From: Candidatus Acetocimmeria pyornia
Lineage (GTDB): Bacteria > Bacillota > Sulfobacillia > UBA3575
Length of the DNA stretch: 50,371 nucleotides
Assembly (NCBI GenBank): GCA_004367365.1
Contig: SESX01000001.1
Location: 1-50,371 of the forward strand
Reading direction: 5' to 3'
The translations under genes were made by a program, and so were the position numbers. The notes beneath the pieces are model-generated. The model worked only from the letters and a program-made list of their open reading frames with translations, did not search any database and was not told the origin of the DNA. This document shows, piece by piece, positions 46,295 to 50,371 of this stretch (position 1 is the stretch's first letter; each line of letters begins with the position of its first letter).

Positions 46295-49200
46295 TCAAAA
46301 GGTAGGTTCTGAATTGATCCTTTCAAACCGCTTCGCAATAATACTGACCCCCTGACCCTGGATATCAACCCGCCCGTAAACCGTGAGGAAAGCCTCCCCG
46401 AAAATGAGCCGGCCGTAACGGTGATACACCGGCTCAAAGACAGTAACATCAACCAGCCCGGTCTCGTCCTCCAGGGAAAGAAAAACCACCGTCCGGCCGC
46501 TCCGGGTTGGGGGCCGGTGGGGCCTGATGACCAGCCCACAAACCACCACCGGCTTACCGGCCCGGTGTTTTTTAACCTCGGCCGCGGTTAAAAAGCCCTG
46601 CTTTTTGGCCCACTGTCGGAAAAGGTCCATGGGGTGGTAGCACGGGCTCAACCCCAGGATTTCAAGTTCGTACCGGGCCTTTTCCAGGGGGCTAAAATCA
46701 GTTAAAGAGGGGCTGGCCCAGTTGCCTTCTTTCCCGATCACGTCCTTCGGCATCCTGGGTGTTGTGGTTTCTCCAGGCCCAGTCCAGGGAACAAGGGGAA
46801 AAACCTGAGTGGAGCAAACCTGCCCCGTTCTCCTTACCGTGGTTTGGCGCCAGATGGACTCGAGGCTCCAAAAAAGGTGCCGCCGGTTTGAACAGAGAGT
46901 CTCAAAGGCCCCGGCCAGGATCAGGTTTTCCACCAGGTCCCTGGTTACCTCGGGGCGGCAGCGGCGGCAAAAATCAAACAGGGAGCGGAAGGGTTGTTTT
47001 ACCCGTTCGGAAAGGATCTTTTCCAGGGCCCGCCCGGTCATACCCTTCACCTGCCGGAGGGAAACCCGGATACTCCTTTCCCCTGCCGCAAAATACCCTT
47101 CGCTCTGGTTGATATCCAGGGGGAGGATCTTGATCCCCCGCCGGCGGGCCTCCAGGCAGATGGTGTTGGGGGAATAAAATCCCATGGGTTGGTTGCTCAA
47201 CAGGGCAGCGTAAAAATGGGCCGGGTAATGGCACAAAAGGTACGCGGTTTTATAGGCAATATCAGCGAAAGCCGCCGCGTGGGCCTCACAAAAACCGTAA
47301 CTGGCGTAACTAGAGAGGGAGGAAAAAATTTTGCGGGCCGTCTCCTCCTCTACCCCGTTTTCCACCGCCTTCTGGACGAAAATCTCACCAATTTCCTCCA
47401 TTTCCCGTGAAGAACGCCCGTGGGTCATCACCCGGCGCAGGCGGTCGGCTTCTCCAGGGGTAAAACCGGCCAGGGTCGTGGCGATCTCGATTACCTGCTC
47501 CTGAAAAAGAATAACCCCGTAGGTTTTCTCCAAAATGGGCTTTAGTTTGGGGTGCGCAAAGGTTACCGGTTCCTTCCCCTGCCGGCGAGCGATAAAGGGC
47601 CCAACCATATTCCCTTTAATGGGGCCAGGCCGGATCAGGGCAACACTGGCCACAAGGTCTTCAAGGTTCCGGGCCCCAAGCTTAGCTTGGAGGGCCCTTT
47701 GAGCCGGGCTTTCAAGCTGGAAGGTACCGATGGTATTTCCGCTGTTCAGGAGCCGGTAGGTAGCAGGATCCCCATCCGGGATGGACTCGTAAGACAGGTG
47801 TGGTTGTTGGCAGTTGATAGACTTCATGGTATCTTCAACAACTGAAAGGGTACGCAAAGAAAGCAGGTCCAGTTTCAAAAGCCCCAGGTCTTCTACCCCT
47901 TCTTTGTCAAACTGGGTGATTAAAACCCCCTTGGCAGAGGGCTGAAGGGGGGTGATGTTTTCCAGGGGAACCCGGCTTACCACCAGCCCACCCAGGTGGG
48001 TGCCAATAAATCGCGGCAGGTTGGCTACCCGGTGGCAAAGATCGAAAAGCGGCTGGAACCGGGCCAGACTCCGGTCCCCTTTGAGCTCTGGAAGGGTCTG
48101 CAGGCAGTCCTGGATCTGGTCGGCCCGGACGTGCGGGAAGCGTTTGGCCAGCCGGTCGAGAGTCTCTTCCCCGTATCCCAGGACCTTCCCCAGGTCCCGA
48201 AGGGCCGAACGGGCCCGGTAGGTATTAAAGGTGCAAACTGAAGCGACATGGCCCTGGCCGTATTTACGGTAGACGTACTCGGCCACGCGGTCCCGGTAAC
48301 GGGCATCAAAATCGATATCAATGTCTGGGGGCTGGGCCCGTTCCAAGCTGAGGAAACGTTCGAATAAAAGCCCGCGTTCGATGGCATCAACCCCAGTGAT
48401 CCCAAGGCAATAGGCGACCGCCGAATCGGCAGCCGATCCCCGCCCCGAACACCGGATACCTTCCCGCCGGGCGAAACGGACAATATCCCACATAACCAAA
48501 AAGTAGTCCTCGTAACCCAACTGGTGGATGATGTCCAGTTCATGCCGTAGCCGTCTCTCGATGGACGGGGTCAGGGTCCGGTAGCGCCTGTGGGCACCGG
48601 CGTACACGAGTTTTTCAAGGAGATCTGCGGCTATAACCTTCCTTCCACCCTTACCAGCAGGTAGAGGATAAGAAGGGAAAAGGGGGGCATCGAAATCAAG
48701 AACCGGGGCGCACCTTTCGGCAACAGCCAGGGTGTTGGAGAGCGCTTCAGGGTACTGACGGCCCAGAACCGGCATTTCCTGCAGGTTTTTCAGGTAGTTT
48801 TCGGCGTTAAGCCTTCGCTCCGGGTGTACCTCATCCAACCTGGTCAGGGTCCGGACACAGGTCAAGAGGTCGTGAAGGACAAAATCCGCTTTTCGGGCGT
48901 AGTGCACGTTGTTGGTGGCTACGGTCTTTACCCCTACCCGGTCGGCCAGTTCCGCCAGCCGCTGGTTGAGCAGCTTTTCCCCGGGGAGATACCCCTCCTG
49001 GAGTTCAAGGTAGAAGTTATGCCGGCCGAAGATATCCACCAGGCGGCATGCCGCCTGCTCGGCTTCCTGGTATTTGCGGTGGTGCAGCCACCGGGGGATT
49101 TCACCCTTTCGGGCACACCCGGAAAGGGCGATGATCCCTTCCCGGAAACGCTGGAGGGCCCGGAGAGGAACCCGGGGATCGGTGCGCTCCTTTCCATCCC

Positions 49201-49501
49201 GGTAACCAGCAGAGATGACCCGGCAGAGGTTGGCATACCCGGTCTGGTTTTGGGCCAAAAGGGTCAGGTGGGCCCCGTTTTCCAGGGTTATTTCCGCCCC
49301 TTGAATTGGCTTAATACCCCTTTTTTTGGCTTCACGGTAGAACTGAACCGCCCCACTGACGTTGTTATGGTCGGTCAAGGCCAAGGCCGGCATCCCGAGC
49401 TCGGCTGCCAGGTCTAAAAGTTCGGGAATTGGAGTAACACCATCCAAAAACGAATAGGGTGAATGGACATGAAGATGGACAAACCCGGTCAAAGCTATCA
49501 C
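46295..49501 (-). CDS. dnaE2: DNA polymerase III alpha-subunit homologue, probably the error-prone DnaE2/ImuC type
   Basis: N-terminal PHP domain (FVHLHVHSPYSFLDG, ALTDHNN), polymerase core blocks (PDIDIDF, GTHLGG), and an OB-fold tail. Its 1068-aa length and position downstream of a Y-family polymerase favour DnaE2 over the replicative DnaE. Confidence 0.8.
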   Translation of the reverse strand: MIALTGFVHLHVHSPYSFLDGVTPIPELLDLAAELGMPALALTDHNNVSGAVQFYREAKKRGIKPIQGAEITLENGAHLTLLAQNQTGYANLCRVISAGYRDGKERTDPRVPLRALQRFREGIIALSGCARKGEIPRWLHHRKYQEAEQAACRLVDIFGRHNFYLELQEGYLPGEKLLNQRLAELADRVGVKTVATNNVHYARKADFVLHDLLTCVRTLTRLDEVHPERRLNAENYLKNLQEMPVLGRQYPEALSNTLAVAERCAPVLDFDAPLFPSYPLPAGKGGRKVIAADLLEKLVYAGAHRRYRTLTPSIERRLRHELDIIHQLGYEDYFLVMWDIVRFARREGIRCSGRGSAADSAVAYCLGITGVDAIERGLLFERFLSLERAQPPDIDIDFDARYRDRVAEYVYRKYGQGHVASVCTFNTYRARSALRDLGKVLGYGEETLDRLAKRFPHVRADQIQDCLQTLPELKGDRSLARFQPLFDLCHRVANLPRFIGTHLGGLVVSRVPLENITPLQPSAKGVLITQFDKEGVEDLGLLKLDLLSLRTLSVVEDTMKSINCQQPHLSYESIPDGDPATYRLLNSGNTIGTFQLESPAQRALQAKLGARNLEDLVASVALIRPGPIKGNMVGPFIARRQGKEPVTFAHPKLKPILEKTYGVILFQEQVIEIATTLAGFTPGEADRLRRVMTHGRSSREMEEIGEIFVQKAVENGVEEETARKIFSSLSSYASYGFCEAHAAAFADIAYKTAYLLCHYPAHFYAALLSNQPMGFYSPNTICLEARRRGIKILPLDINQSEGYFAAGERSIRVSLRQVKGMTGRALEKILSERVKQPFRSLFDFCRRCRPEVTRDLVENLILAGAFETLCSNRRHLFWSLESIWRQTTVRRTGQVCSTQVFPLVPWTGPGETTTPRMPKDVIGKEGNWASPSLTDFSPLEKARYELEILGLSPCYHPMDLFRQWAKKQGFLTAAEVKKHRAGKPVVVCGLVIRPHRPPTRSGRTVVFLSLEDETGLVDVTVFEPVYHRYGRLIFGEAFLTVYGRVDIQGQGVSIIAKRFERINSEPTF

Positions 49502-49502
49502 C

Positions 49503-49786
49503 CACTACGAAAACGTCCCAACAGTGCCGGCCTACCCGTGGTGGTGCCGCCTATAGCAGCATAGATGGTTATTACGAAAATGCACTATCCACCTCGCCAG
49601 GGTTGCTCCTCCACTCGCCTTATTCCTCGCTCCTCCGGGGCTGCGGCATAACCGGTCTCGCTCCGGAGCAGCCCGGGCGTGCACCTCATGATACTACCCG
49701 GTCAAGGGGCCGCTGAATACGCGTCCGATTTTCATCCTTCGTGGTGCCGCCGCTGATGGCGGCATGAAGCACTCGTCCGAAAATGG
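49503..49786 (+). repeat. Interspersed structured repeat locus: a short degenerate type B unit (49506-49566) plus a type A unit (49573-49772)
   Basis: TACGAAAACGTCCCAACAGTGCCGGCC..CGTGGTGGTGCCGCC.., then TACGAAAATGCACTATCCACCTCGCCAGGG.., ending GATTTTCATCCTTCGTGGTGCCGCC-gctgat-GGCGGCATGAAGCAC. Confidence 0.85.
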
Positions 49787-49835
49787 CAGTGGTTTGGGCA
49801 GCCTCATGATGAAGGGTGGGAAACGAGCACCTCAG

Positions 49836-50087
49836 CTAATCATAGAGGCGGTAGAGCCGCCAGTTTTTGGAGCTAGGTTCGTAGTAAATCTCGTAGATGC
49901 CACCGTTATCGGCCTCCACCCGGAAAAAAACCTTCTCCCCCTCCCCTTTCCACCAGCATCCCATTTCCCGCCAGGAATCAATAACCTGCCGTATTCCCCT
50001 CCAGCGGCCACGCCAGCTAAAACGTACCGGCTGCCCCTTAAAACTCAACACCTCTACCCTATCCCCAAAAACCTTGGTCATAAGCAC
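49836..50087 (-). CDS. Small Trp-rich conserved-looking protein between the Y-family polymerase and the DnaE2-like gene
   Basis: 81-83 aa (GTG at 50087 or ATG at 50081). A G-rich SD lies directly upstream, 26 nt after the upstream stop. Beta-rich sequence ending WRLYRLYD. Confidence 0.5.
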   Translation of the reverse strand: MLMTKVFGDRVEVLSFKGQPVRFSWRGRWRGIRQVIDSWREMGCWWKGEGEKVFFRVEADNGGIYEIYYEPSSKNWRLYRLYD

Positions 50088-50113
50088 CCCCCCCTGGCAC
50101 CTCTACTTTGTCA

Positions 50114-50371
50114 TCACCACTCCTTTTCAAGGATTTGCAGCATTCGTTCCCGGCGTGGTACCGTGAGCTGGGAGCCTTCTCTTAATACCTGGGAACCGTA
50201 GTTGCGGTGGATTTTGGCGACAACTGCCCGGAGGGCCTCCCGGTCTTTCCAATCTGTGGTAGTCGCAGCCTTCCCGGTAGAATCAAAAAGCCCTTTCTGA
50301 AAGGGGTGAGCCAGTGAAACCCCGGTCAGGGTTACCTCCACCGCCGAAACAGGGCCAGGCAGCCTTTCTCT
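50114..50371 (-). CDS. C-terminal part of a Y-family (DinB/ImuB-like) DNA polymerase, truncated by the window edge
   Basis: The frame stays open to the window end. VTLTGVSL....QKGLF matches the little-finger end of Pol IV-type enzymes (LLGV..S.L....Q..LF). Confidence 0.55.
   Translation of the reverse strand, partial: RERLPGPVSAVEVTLTGVSLAHPFQKGLFDSTGKAATTTDWKDREALRAVVAKIHRNYGSQVLREGSQLTVPRRERMLQILEKEW

Noticed and set aside
46295-49501. Calling this gene the replicative DnaE
   Set aside because: This cannot be excluded from sequence alone. Its length (1068 aa) and position downstream of a Y-family polymerase and small accessory ORF fit DnaE2/ImuC better. The call is kept as DnaE2-like with an explicit caveat.

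Overview
By gene content this window looks like core chromosome from a thermophilic, endospore-forming Firmicute (Clostridia or Peptococcaceae-like, moderately GC-rich by eye). I call 49 coding regions; the last one runs off the 3' edge. I see no rRNA, tRNA, CRISPR array, transposase or integrase. The backbone matches the Bacillus subtilis order spoVK - GTPase - ynbB - glnR - glnA, followed by lexA/yneA. About 9.5 kb of extra genes sit between the GTPase and ynbB: membrane proteins, an MFS transporter, two dehydrogenases, and an inositol-1-phosphate synthase plus fused IPCT/DIPPS operon that predicts synthesis of di-myo-inositol phosphate. The rest is housekeeping and sporulation genes (acs, NUDIX, spoVB-like flippase, an alpha/beta SASP, AcuC-like deacetylase, surE, a DinG-family helicase, comB, ylbF-like, mtnP, azlCD, ndk, an M42 peptidase, speD). 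There is also a GT4 plus large membrane protein pair and an apparent error-prone polymerase cassette (Y-family polymerase C-terminus, an 83-aa protein, a DnaE2-like Pol III alpha). The most unusual signal is a family of non-coding, hairpin-rich interspersed repeats at six intergenic loci (at least 9 units). The units share termini, have modular bodies and occur in tandem. They abut stop and start codons, and no mobility gene is visible. I cannot assign them to any RNA or IS family from memory. Several short tandem repeat arrays and operator-like sites are also listed. All protein calls come from reading the supplied translations; no database search was possible.
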